This document shows, in pieces, positions 9,429-18,628 of a stretch of 64,000 bases of DNA. The notes below the pieces were generated by a model. It searched no databases. It had not been told where the DNA came from and worked only from the letters and a program-made list of their open reading frames with translations. The DNA is taken from assembly GCA_002421665.1 (NCBI GenBank), contig DISH01000001.1:69410-133409 (forward strand), read 5' to 3'. Source of the stretch: Candidatus Omnitrophica bacterium UBA6215 (GTDB lineage: Bacteria; Omnitrophota; Gorgyraeia; Pluralincolimonadales; Pluralincolimonadaceae). Each line of letters opens with the position of its first letter. The first letter of the stretch is position 1. Made by a program: the position numbers and the translations under genes.

Positions 9429-10700
9429 ATGTTATATGACCTTATTTTTGCCGTGTTTGCCGTATTATACATGCCTTATTTTGTCCTGAAAGGCAAATGG
9501 CGCGGTTTCAGCAGGCAGAGGTTGGGCATACTGCCCGATGCGTTCCTGGCCCGGGTCAAGGATAAGAGGGCTATATGGCTTCATGCGGTATCAGTTGGCG
9601 AGGTGATAGCCAGCCTGCCGCTGTATGACGAGATAAGGAAAAATTTCCCGTCGGAAAAGATCATAGTCTCAACGGTCACCTCCACCGGTAACCATATAGC
9701 GCGGGAGAGATTCAAAGGAGCGGAGGTTATATATTTCCCGGTCGACCTCAGTTTTGTTACGGACAAGGTTATGGGATCGATAAGACCGAAGGTCGTCCTT
9801 ATAGCAGAAACGGAGATATGGCCGAATTTCATTAACTCGGCCAAAAAGGCCGCTGCCGGCGTGGTAATATTTAACGGCAGGGTATCGAAAGATTCATTCA
9901 AGAATTATTCTGCGGTGCGTTCTATCCTCAAGAGCGTGCTGGGGAAGGTCGACCTTTTTCTTATGCAAATGCCTTCCGACGCGGAGAAGATCGTGTATCT
10001 TGGGGCCCCGGCAGACAAAGTCAAAGTATCGGGGAACCTCAAGTATGACGCAGCGCTTTTTGGCGGCAAAGAAGACGAAAGGGATAATTTCAGGAGAAAG
10101 TTAGGCATTTCAGGCGAACACAAGTTGTTTATGGCGGGTTCTACGCATCCCGGCGAGGAGGAGATAATACTTCGCTGCTATAAGGAACTTTCGAAAGAAT
10201 TCCCGGGTATGCGCCTGCTTATAGCCCCCAGGCATGCGGAGAGGTCGCAGGCAGTAGCCGGCTGCGTAAAGGCCGCAGGATTTAAGCCGAGATTCGTGTC
10301 CATGTCCGACCATAGCCCTTCTGGCCGCGAAGACGTGCTTATACTCGACGTTATGGGGATACTTGCCAAGCTGTATTCGGCCGGCGACATCATATTCATG
10401 GGAGGCAGCCTGATAAAGAAAGGCGGACAGAATCCTCTTGAGGCCGCTTATTATTCCAAGGCCGTTGTCTTCGGCCCGCACATGCATAATTTCGAGGGTA
10501 TATTATCCGCATTACTTTCCGAAAAAGCGGCAATGCGCGTTGAAGACGGAAAGGACCTGGTAAAGACACTCAGGATGCTTATGCATAATCCCGAGGGGAC
10601 TCGCGTTATGGGAGAGCGGGCACGTTCGGTACTGGAAGCTAATGCCGGTGTTGCGGAAAAAGACCTGGAATTTATTGAACCTTTCCTGGAAAAGGCATGA
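9429..10700 (+). CDS. waaA: 3-deoxy-D-manno-octulosonic acid (Kdo) transferase
   Basis: WLHAVSVGE...VSTVTSTG are KdtA/WaaA N-terminal motifs and the length is 423 aa. Confidence 0.85.
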   Translation: MLYDLIFAVFAVLYMPYFVLKGKWRGFSRQRLGILPDAFLARVKDKRAIWLHAVSVGEVIASLPLYDEIRKNFPSEKIIVSTVTSTGNHIARERFKGAEVIYFPVDLSFVTDKVMGSIRPKVVLIAETEIWPNFINSAKKAAAGVVIFNGRVSKDSFKNYSAVRSILKSVLGKVDLFLMQMPSDAEKIVYLGAPADKVKVSGNLKYDAALFGGKEDERDNFRRKLGISGEHKLFMAGSTHPGEEEIILRCYKELSKEFPGMRLLIAPRHAERSQAVAGCVKAAGFKPRFVSMSDHSPSGREDVLILDVMGILAKLYSAGDIIFMGGSLIKKGGQNPLEAAYYSKAVVFGPHMHNFEGILSALLSEKAAMRVEDGKDLVKTLRMLMHNPEGTRVMGERARSVLEANAGVAEKDLEFIEPFLEKA

Positions 10701-11716
10701 GTGAAAAAACGAAGAGATATTTATACGGTTTGATGACAGACGACCCCGCCGTCCACGGTCCGGGAGCGTTATCGCTTAAAGCCCTGTTCCGGGTGCTATC
10801 CAATATATACGGTATGGCGGTCGTTCTGACAGCTTCTTTCTATAGCAGCAGAACGATAAAGCCGTACAGGCCAAAATGCAAAGTAATAAGCATAGGCAAT
10901 ATAACCCTTGGAGGCACCGGCAAGACGCCGTTGACTATCATGGTGGCCCGCAGGCTGAAAGAGTTTGGTAAAAAAACGGTCATCCTGACGAGAGGATATA
11001 TGAAGGACCCGTCCTCGGGTATTGCGGATGAGCCGGAACTCTTCAAAAAAGCTCTCGGGGACATCCCGGTCATTGTGGGCCGTGACCGCGCGGCTTCGGC
11101 CATACGGGCGGAATCCCTGTATTCTCCCGATGTTATTATACTCGACGACGGTTTCCAGCACTGGAGGCTGGCAAGGGACCTTGATATAGTGGCCGTTAAC
11201 GGCAGGGATCCCGTTGGGAACGGCTACCTGATACCCCGCGGTATACTTCGCGAACCCGTCCTGGCTTTGGAAAGGGCCGATATAATAGTTGTCACGAAGG
11301 GCTCAACGCTTCCTGATATCATAAACGAGGCTGTCTCCGGAGCGGACATATATTCTTCTTCATACAGGGTTTCCGGGGGGCCTGATATCAGGGGCAAAAA
11401 GGTGGTCATGGCATGCGCCATAGCGGACCCGTCCTCATTCGAGGAGACCGTCCTGTCGCTCGGCGCCGTTATAGAACGCAAGATGCTGTTTATGGATCAT
11501 CATATTTACGAAAAACACGATTACGATATGATAATTTCAGCGGCAAGGTCTTCAGGTTGCGATACCGTCGTTGTTACCGAGAAAGACATGGTTAAACTTT
11601 CGAGATTCGCGCCGGTAATGGACGTAAAGATAGAATCTATACCCGTGGAGATAAAGATAGATCAGGAGGAGAGGTTTTTTGGCAGACTCGGTTCTCTATT
11701 TACTGGTAAGGCTTGA
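10697..11716 (+). CDS. lpxK: tetraacyldisaccharide 4'-kinase
   Basis: P-loop GNITLGGTGKTP is present and the gene overlaps waaA by ATGA. Confidence 0.85.
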   Translation: MSEKTKRYLYGLMTDDPAVHGPGALSLKALFRVLSNIYGMAVVLTASFYSSRTIKPYRPKCKVISIGNITLGGTGKTPLTIMVARRLKEFGKKTVILTRGYMKDPSSGIADEPELFKKALGDIPVIVGRDRAASAIRAESLYSPDVIILDDGFQHWRLARDLDIVAVNGRDPVGNGYLIPRGILREPVLALERADIIVVTKGSTLPDIINEAVSGADIYSSSYRVSGGPDIRGKKVVMACAIADPSSFEETVLSLGAVIERKMLFMDHHIYEKHDYDMIISAARSSGCDTVVVTEKDMVKLSRFAPVMDVKIESIPVEIKIDQEERFFGRLGSLFTGKA

Positions 11717-13613
11717 GGCTTTCGTATTCAGGCTCCTGCCGCTGGGATTCTCGCTTTGGGTCGCCAGGGCCTTCGGCAGCCTGATATATTATACTATGGG
11801 CCGCCGAAAGACGGTGGCATACGCCAGCCTGCGCGCTGCCTTCAGGGGAAGGTACACTCCCGCGCAAAGTAAACGCATAATAAAGCAGGTTTACCAAAAC
11901 ATAGCCCAGTCTTACATGGAATTGATAAAATTCCCTCAGATAGACGACGCTTATATAAATAAGTATATAAGGATAGAAGGCCGGGAAAAGATAAACAAGG
12001 CGATAAAGGCCGAGGGTACGGGGATAATATTCCTTACGGCGCATTTCGGCAACTGGGAGCTCTGTTCCCTTGTAGGTTCAACTGCCGGATACAAGATGAA
12101 TGTCCTTGCGCGCTGGCAGAAGATGGAGCGGCTCAACGGGTATCTTAACAAGATGCGCGGCTCCAAGGGCGCTAATGTAATTTTTAAGGAAAGTGCCGTG
12201 GAGGATATACTTGCCTGCCTTAATAAGGGAGAGGCTGTCGGCATACTCTCCGATCAGGATGGGGGCAGGAGAGGGGAGTTCGTTGATTTTCTCGGTCGCA
12301 AGGCATCGACCCCGAAGGGCGTCGCGCATTTCTCGCTGCGTACGGGAGCGCCTGTTTTTCCCGTCTTCATGGTCAGGGAGAACGGCCCTTACCACAGGAT
12401 AGTGGTCGAAGACGATATATCGGTGATGAAATCGGATGACCTTAAGAAGGACATACACGAGATACTCCAGCGGTCTGCCGATATACTCTCAAAATATGTC
12501 GCCGACTATCCGGGGCAGTGGCTTTGGCTGCATAAACGCTGGAAGTCCACACCGACCAAGTCGGTCCTGATCCTGAACGACGGCAGGGCGGGCCATTATA
12601 AGCAGTCGGTTTCCCTTGCCCGTATACTTGGCAGCGTCAGGACGGGGAAAGGGTTCGCGCGGGAAGATACCGTAGTCGAGACTGCGCAGGTGAGGTTCAG
12701 GAACCTGTTTGCCAGGGTTTTGTTTGATGCAGGTTCTTTTTGCGGGTTGAGCGTGCATAACCTTTCTTTTTGTTTCGATAGGGAGAGCTACGAGGCCCTA
12801 AAGGGAGTGTACGCGGATTATATTATCTCATGCGGGGCATCGCTTGCAGGCGTGAATCTTTGCCTGAAAAGGGAGTTGGGCGCAAGGAGCCTGGTGATCA
12901 TGAAACCCAGTCTGTTCGACACCAAGTCTTTCGACCTGGCGGCAATACCCGTCCATGACAACGTAAGGCATGCTAAAAATGTAGTCTCTACCAGAGGGAC
13001 GATAACAGACCTCGATGCGGCATCGTTGGAAAAATACGGTTTAAAACTAAAGGGAAGGACCGGTCCTCTCCGGGATAAAGTTATAGGGGTCCTTATCGGA
13101 GGAGATTCCAGGGACTACGTCCTGGACAAGGAGCTTACGGTTTCCGTGATGGATGAGGTTATGCGCGCCGCGGAGAGACTCGATGCCGATGTTTTGGTCA
13201 CTACCTCGCGCAGGACGCAAAGAGCCGTTGAATTCGCGCTGAAAGAGCGCTATAGCAGGTCCGCAAGGGTGAAATTGCTGCTTATAGCCAATGAGGAAAA
13301 TTTCGACGGGGCTGTTGAAGGGATACTCGCGGCATCGGGGATATTGGTAGTATCGGGCGAATCGATAGCTCTGTTGACAGAGGCGGTAAGCTCGGAAAAA
13401 CCTGTCATAGCTTTTATGCCCGCGAAGATAAAACTCTCCTCATCAACCAAGCATGAAAGGTCCCTGAAGCGGCTGGAGGAGGAGAACCTGGTAAAGGTGT
13501 CCGCGCCGGAGGGGATCGAAAAGGATATAACAGGCCATATCGGACGAAAGGTCTCCGGGGTCAGGGGCGAGGACATGAAAGCGATACGCGAAGCGATCGG
13601 GAAACTCGTTTAG
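11679..13613 (+). CDS. lpxL: lipid A biosynthesis (Kdo)2-lipid IVA acyltransferase (LpxL/HtrB family) fused to a C-terminal ELM1/DUF1022-like domain
   Basis: Approximately aa 1-295 carry an N-terminal TM helix and the LpxL motifs LTAHFGNWEL...ILSDQD...YPGQWLWLHKRWK. Approximately aa 300-644 begin ILNDGRAGHYKQSVSLARIL, resembling ELM1-family (predicted GT-B-like) proteins. Confidence 0.7.
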   Translation: MADSVLYLLVRLEAFVFRLLPLGFSLWVARAFGSLIYYTMGRRKTVAYASLRAAFRGRYTPAQSKRIIKQVYQNIAQSYMELIKFPQIDDAYINKYIRIEGREKINKAIKAEGTGIIFLTAHFGNWELCSLVGSTAGYKMNVLARWQKMERLNGYLNKMRGSKGANVIFKESAVEDILACLNKGEAVGILSDQDGGRRGEFVDFLGRKASTPKGVAHFSLRTGAPVFPVFMVRENGPYHRIVVEDDISVMKSDDLKKDIHEILQRSADILSKYVADYPGQWLWLHKRWKSTPTKSVLILNDGRAGHYKQSVSLARILGSVRTGKGFAREDTVVETAQVRFRNLFARVLFDAGSFCGLSVHNLSFCFDRESYEALKGVYADYIISCGASLAGVNLCLKRELGARSLVIMKPSLFDTKSFDLAAIPVHDNVRHAKNVVSTRGTITDLDAASLEKYGLKLKGRTGPLRDKVIGVLIGGDSRDYVLDKELTVSVMDEVMRAAERLDADVLVTTSRRTQRAVEFALKERYSRSARVKLLLIANEENFDGAVEGILAASGILVVSGESIALLTEAVSSEKPVIAFMPAKIKLSSSTKHERSLKRLEEENLVKVSAPEGIEKDITGHIGRKVSGVRGEDMKAIREAIGKLV

Positions 13614-15716
13614 ATGAAGATAGTCCAGATATTGCCGCGCCTTAACACGGGAGGCGTGGAAACAGGGGTGATAGACCTTTCCCAGAGGTTGATCAAGCTC
13701 GGGCATAACGCCGTCGTCATCTCCGGCGGGGGCGAGCTGGTAAAGCAGCTTGAAGCATCAGGGATAAAGCACTATACGCTTCCCGTATACAGCAAGAATC
13801 CCCTTACCATCCTAAGGATGATACCGGTTGTAAAGAGGATACTCAATAAAGAGGGCGCCGACATACTCCACGCGAGAAGCAGGGTGCCGGCTATCATCGG
13901 TTACTATGCTGCGCGTTCCGCAGGCGTAGTTTTCATAACGACATGCCACGGATACTACTCTAAAAAACCTTTCAGCAAAGTCATGGGTTGGGGCAAGTAT
14001 GTAATAGCGATCAGCCAGGTGATAGCGAAGCATATGATGGATGCCTTCAAGGTACCATACAGGCGCATCAAGCTCATATACAGGGGAGTCGACCTCGAAA
14101 AGTTCAGTTACAAAGAGCCGGGAAAATCCGGGAAGTCCGATTACACTATCGGGATAATAGGCAGGCTTACCCCTCTGAAAGGCCATACGTATTTTTTCAG
14201 GGCGGCAGCGAAACTGCTCAGGCACTTTCCGAGGATAAAAGTACTTGTGGTCGGGGATGCCTCTCCCGGCAAGGAAAAATACAGGCAGGAGCTTGAAGAC
14301 CTGGTACGCAGGCTCGGCCTTTCAAGGAACGTCGAATTCTTGGGCAGGCGCGGAGATATACCGGAAATACTCTCCGGCCTTGACGTGCTTGTCTTGGCGA
14401 CGACCGTCCCTGAAGGTTTCGGCAGGGTGATAATAGAAGCTTTTGCGTCGGGAGTACCGGTAGTTGCCACGAGTGTCGGCGGCGTGACCGAAATAATACG
14501 CGACGGCGAGAACGGCCTGCTTGTCCCGCCTGAGGACCCGCAATCGATGAGTGATGCGATAGTCAGGATGCTTAAAGATACTTCGCTTGCGACGGATATC
14601 GTCCGGCGGGCTAGGAAAGACGCCGAGGATAGGTTCAATCTGGACCGCATGATAACCGAGACGGTCAGGGTATACGAAGAGGCGCTTGAGACGAAGAGGA
14701 TATTGGTAATAAAGATAAGCGCGGTCGGCGATTGCATACTTGCCACGCCTTCGCTCAGGGCTATAAGGCAAAAGAACCCCAAGGCTTATATAGCGCTGCT
14801 CACCGGCAGATTGGAGAGCCAGGCGCTGAAGGGGTGCCCTTATATAGACGAGGTAATTATCTACGACAGGAAAGGCCGGGACAGGGGGTGGCTGAGATTC
14901 CTCGAGCTTGCCGCGGACGTGAGGCGTTACTGTTTCGAAGAGATCGTGGATTTACAGAACAATTCTAAGAGCCATCTCTTCGCGTTGTTGAGCACGGCGA
15001 CGAAAAGATACGGTTACAGGAAAGGGTGGCATGGTCTGCTCCTGAACAGATCGATAAAAGACGATAAGCGCCGGATACCCCCGGTGGAGCACCAATTCAG
15101 GGTGCTTTCCCTTATGGGGATAGAGGGTCCTTCAAAGAGCCTTGAATTATGGCCTTCGGTTGCCGATGAGGAAGCCGTTCGGGGTATGCTGGAATCCGAT
15201 TGGGTAGGCGATAACCAGGCCCTAGTCGGTATAAATCCGGCGGCAAGCCCGCGCTGGATGACTAAAAGGTGGCCCGCCGAAAATTTTGCCAAACTGTGCG
15301 ATATACTGGCAGTCCGTGAAATAAGGCCGGTGATCATAGGGACAGCCGCAGATTCCGGGACGGCTAAGGAGATAATATCTTTAACGAGATCGAAACCCGT
15401 AGACCTGACCGGCAAGACCACCATTACCGAGCTTGCCGCACTGATGAAAAGGCTTAAATGCCTGGTGACAAGCGACAGCGCGCCGATGCACGTAGCCGCT
15501 GCGATGGGGACTCCTTTCGTGGCTATGTTCGGTCCGACGGACCCCTCTCGCCATCTCCCGCCTTCCGAGCATTACGCGGTGGTGCGCAAGGCAATGGCAT
15601 GCTCACCGTGCTATAAACCGGTTTGTTCGGATATAAGGTGTATGCGGGAGATATCCGTTGAGGATGTGATGAAAGCCATTGAAGGGCTCCATGCGGGCCC
15701 TAAGGGATCAAAATGA
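13614..15716 (+). CDS. bifunctional glycosyltransferase: N-terminal GT4 (group 1) domain plus C-terminal GT9 heptosyltransferase domain
   Basis: Approximately aa 1-358 carry a GT4 signature (EGFGRVIIEAFASGVPVVAT...GENGLLV). Approximately aa 360-700 carry GT9 motifs (ILVIKISAVGDCILATPSLRAI...SDSAPMHVAAAMGTPFVAMFGPTDP). Confidence 0.75.
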   Translation: MKIVQILPRLNTGGVETGVIDLSQRLIKLGHNAVVISGGGELVKQLEASGIKHYTLPVYSKNPLTILRMIPVVKRILNKEGADILHARSRVPAIIGYYAARSAGVVFITTCHGYYSKKPFSKVMGWGKYVIAISQVIAKHMMDAFKVPYRRIKLIYRGVDLEKFSYKEPGKSGKSDYTIGIIGRLTPLKGHTYFFRAAAKLLRHFPRIKVLVVGDASPGKEKYRQELEDLVRRLGLSRNVEFLGRRGDIPEILSGLDVLVLATTVPEGFGRVIIEAFASGVPVVATSVGGVTEIIRDGENGLLVPPEDPQSMSDAIVRMLKDTSLATDIVRRARKDAEDRFNLDRMITETVRVYEEALETKRILVIKISAVGDCILATPSLRAIRQKNPKAYIALLTGRLESQALKGCPYIDEVIIYDRKGRDRGWLRFLELAADVRRYCFEEIVDLQNNSKSHLFALLSTATKRYGYRKGWHGLLLNRSIKDDKRRIPPVEHQFRVLSLMGIEGPSKSLELWPSVADEEAVRGMLESDWVGDNQALVGINPAASPRWMTKRWPAENFAKLCDILAVREIRPVIIGTAADSGTAKEIISLTRSKPVDLTGKTTITELAALMKRLKCLVTSDSAPMHVAAAMGTPFVAMFGPTDPSRHLPPSEHYAVVRKAMACSPCYKPVCSDIRCMREISVEDVMKAIEGLHAGPKGSK

Positions 15717-16822
15717 ATCTTCTTATAGTTACTACGCATATGAGGATGGGAGGCATAGGGGTCTATATTGTTACCTTGGCCAATCGCCTTTCAATGACGG
15801 GCCATAAGGTATTTGTCGCCTCCTCGGGCGGGGACCTTGAAAAAGATCTTTTGCCCGGTATCGAGGTTATCAGGGTCGGGCTAAATACTAAGACGATCTT
15901 GAGCCCTAAGGTCCTTTTTGCCGCGTTAAAGCTTAAAGCCCTGGTACGGAGGGAGGGCATAGATATAATCCATGCCCAGACGAGGGTAGCCCAGGCGACT
16001 GCCTGTGTACTTTCCCGTTTATTGCGTGTTCCGTACGTTGTTACCTGGCATGGATTTTACCGCGCGCACCCGCTTAGGAAGGCCTTTCCTTTGTGGGGCG
16101 ATATGACGATAGCCATAAGTAAACCGGTTTATGATGACCTTAAGGATTCTTTCGGCAGGCGGGAGGACAGGATAAGGCTCGTGCTTAACGGCGTAGAGAC
16201 CGGCAATTTCAGCAAGGTATACAGCCGGGAGGAGAAGGAAGATATACGGAAACGCTACGGCATAAAAGACGGCCCTGTAATAGGCATTATTTCAAGGCTC
16301 TCCGCGGAGAAAGGGCATTTTATCCTTATTGAATCTTTCAGAATGATAGCGGAAAAAGCCCCCGGTTCGCAGCTCCTCATAATAGGGGAAGGCAAGCTGG
16401 AGACGGAGCTCAGGAACAAGGTCCGCGAATACGGTATCGACAGGCAGGTTGTATTTATAGGAAACACCTTAAATACCCGCGATTTTCTTGCTATAATGGA
16501 TGTGTTCGCAAGGCCCGGGTTGAAAGAAGGTTTCGGGTTAGCAGTTGTCGAAGCAATGCTTATGGGGGTACCGGTAGTCTCAAGCGATGTCGGCGGGTTC
16601 AAAGAGATGCTCAATTCTACGGATATGGGAGTGCTTGTCGAGCCCTGTGATGCCGATAATCTGGCACGTGCCATACTAAGGGTGTTGGAAGACAAAGCGT
16701 TTTCCGAGCGCATAAGCAGCGCCGCGAGATCGTTTGCGCGTAAGGACCTTTCCGCTGAAAGAATGGCTGCGCAGACCCTTAAGGTATACGAAGAGGCCCT
16801 GGATGGCGTCCGGGAAAAATAA
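15713..16822 (+). CDS. glycosyltransferase family 4 (group 1)
   Basis: EGFGLAVVEAMLMGVPVVSSDVGG is a GT4 E-x7-E-type motif. The gene overlaps the upstream gene by ATGA. Confidence 0.75.
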   Translation: MNLLIVTTHMRMGGIGVYIVTLANRLSMTGHKVFVASSGGDLEKDLLPGIEVIRVGLNTKTILSPKVLFAALKLKALVRREGIDIIHAQTRVAQATACVLSRLLRVPYVVTWHGFYRAHPLRKAFPLWGDMTIAISKPVYDDLKDSFGRREDRIRLVLNGVETGNFSKVYSREEKEDIRKRYGIKDGPVIGIISRLSAEKGHFILIESFRMIAEKAPGSQLLIIGEGKLETELRNKVREYGIDRQVVFIGNTLNTRDFLAIMDVFARPGLKEGFGLAVVEAMLMGVPVVSSDVGGFKEMLNSTDMGVLVEPCDADNLARAILRVLEDKAFSERISSAARSFARKDLSAERMAAQTLKVYEEALDGVREK

Positions 16823-17606
16823 AAAGCTATTTAACGTTTTTTTTATAATATTGTCAATTACGGCGGTCCTGTCGGCCGTTACCGTTTTCTTTTTCAGGGA
16901 CAAGTATTATCCGCCGATATTGATGTACCATAATATAGAGAAGATGCCGCAGGGCAACGACCTTTTTGTGACGCCCGCACAATTCGAAGGTCAGATGAGG
17001 TTCCTGCGCGGCCGCGGTTATAATGTCATTCCGCTTTCCGAATTGGCTGACGATATATTATCCGGCAAGCCGGTGCCGCGCAACACCGTGGTCGTGACTT
17101 TTGACGACGGCAACGAGAACAATTATATCAACGCGTTCCCGATCCTGGAAAAATACCGCATACCGGCGACTATATTCATGATCTCGGACTATATCGGGCG
17201 CGGCGGTTATCTTGGAATATCCCAGATAAGGCGGATGTCGGAGGCAGGTATAGAATTCGGCAGCCATACGAGATCGCATTGCAACCTGAAAGACGTCCCG
17301 GTGCAGCTCGTGGAAAGCGAAGTACTTCATTCGAAGAAGGTATTGGAAGCCGTTACCGGCAAAGAGGTGGTAACTTTCTGCTATCCGTGCGGCGAAAAAA
17401 GTTCTTTCGGGGCGCGCATATTGAGGGAATCCGGTTTTAAATGCGCTGTCGTCACTTTGCCCAGGGACGGTTCCATAGAAATAGATCCTTATGCCTTAAA
17501 GAGGATAAAGATAGCCACAAGCAGGGCGAATATTATAGAATTTGCGGTAAAGGCTTCGGGATATTATACATGGTTTAAGGTAAACAAATGGAAAAAGAAA
17601 AAGTAA
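16803..17606 (+). CDS. polysaccharide deacetylase (NodB homology domain), membrane anchored
   Basis: An N-terminal TM helix is followed by VVTFDDGNENNY...ATIFMI and SHTRSH-type NodB motifs. The start at 16803 overlaps the upstream stop by 20 nt. Confidence 0.75.
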   Translation: MASGKNKKLFNVFFIILSITAVLSAVTVFFFRDKYYPPILMYHNIEKMPQGNDLFVTPAQFEGQMRFLRGRGYNVIPLSELADDILSGKPVPRNTVVVTFDDGNENNYINAFPILEKYRIPATIFMISDYIGRGGYLGISQIRRMSEAGIEFGSHTRSHCNLKDVPVQLVESEVLHSKKVLEAVTGKEVVTFCYPCGEKSSFGARILRESGFKCAVVTLPRDGSIEIDPYALKRIKIATSRANIIEFAVKASGYYTWFKVNKWKKKK

Positions 17607-18628
17607 AAAAGAAGATACTTATCGTCAACGTCAACTGGATAGGGGATGTCCTGTTCTCGACGCCTGCCATACGAGCCCTGCGCAGGCATTATCCCGATGC
17701 CTATATAGCGTGCATGGTCGTCCCGCGATGCAAGGAAGTGCTTGAGCTTAACCCGAACATAAACGAACTGATAATATATGACGAGAAGGGAGAATACAAG
17801 GGTCTTACGGGAAAGATGAGACTGATCTCCGCGCTTAAAGCGCGCTCTTTCGATACCGTTTTTCTCTTTCACAGGTCGCTTACGCGCACTCTGATGGTGG
17901 CATTATCCGGTATAAGAGAGAGGGTGGGTATAGATAACCCGAAGAGGGGATTTCTCCTGACGAAGAGGGTTGAACAGCAGCCCGCGAACATCCATAAAGT
18001 AGAGCAGTTCCTTAATATAGTAAAATCTACCGGTGTTGGGGACCGGGGTAAGGATATGGAAGTGCATGTGGGAAAAAGCGACCGTGATTTTGCAAGAGCT
18101 TTTCTTGATTCGCAGGGTATAAAAGAAGGAGTATCTTTTGCCATTTTGAACCCCGGAGGCAATTGGGACCTGAAGCGTTGGCCGGTCGAGAGATTTGCGG
18201 AATTGGGCGATCGTATCAACGAGAAGTTCGGCTTGCCCGTTATTTTGACCGGCGCAGGAAAGGATATTCCTCTTGCGCAAGAGATATCCGGGATAATGAA
18301 GAAAAAGCCGGTCATTGCCGCCGGGACCACTACTCTCAGGCAGCTTGCCGCCATAATGAAACTTGCCTCGCTTGTAGTATCGAACGATTCAGGGCCTATG
18401 CATATCGCGGTAAGCCAGGGAGCGCCTACGATAGCCATATTCGGCCCTACCGACCCGAAGTTGACCGGGCCTTACGGCGGTGGTATATATGTGGTCATAC
18501 AGAAGAGTTCCGGGAAACCCGGATGTAAGATACCCTGTTATAACCTTAAATGCGAAGAGGCCCTTTGCATGAAGGCCGTGACGGTAGATGACGTCATGCT
18601 GGAGGCGGAGAAACTCCTTAAGAGATGA
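17588..18628 (+). CDS. ADP-heptose:LPS heptosyltransferase (GT9)
   Basis: ILIVNVNWIGDVLFSTPAIRAL...NDSGPMHIAVSQGAPTIAIFGPTDP are GT9 motifs. Confidence 0.75.
   Translation: MEKEKVKKKILIVNVNWIGDVLFSTPAIRALRRHYPDAYIACMVVPRCKEVLELNPNINELIIYDEKGEYKGLTGKMRLISALKARSFDTVFLFHRSLTRTLMVALSGIRERVGIDNPKRGFLLTKRVEQQPANIHKVEQFLNIVKSTGVGDRGKDMEVHVGKSDRDFARAFLDSQGIKEGVSFAILNPGGNWDLKRWPVERFAELGDRINEKFGLPVILTGAGKDIPLAQEISGIMKKKPVIAAGTTTLRQLAAIMKLASLVVSNDSGPMHIAVSQGAPTIAIFGPTDPKLTGPYGGGIYVVIQKSSGKPGCKIPCYNLKCEEALCMKAVTVDDVMLEAEKLLKR

Noticed and set aside
12193-12402. Short + strand ORFs embedded in other frames of annotated genes (for example 12193-12402, 14245-14430 and 53123-53335)
   Set aside because: They are out-of-frame overlaps within well-supported longer genes and carry Arg/Pro-rich translations typical of alternative frames in GC-rich DNA.
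17575-17625. A-rich run (aaatggaaaaagaaaaagtaaaaaagaag) at the deacetylase/GT9 junction as a possible slippery or frameshift site
   Set aside because: The upstream gene terminates cleanly at 17606 and the GT9 gene starts with its own ATG at 17588. Both proteins are full length without needing a frameshift.
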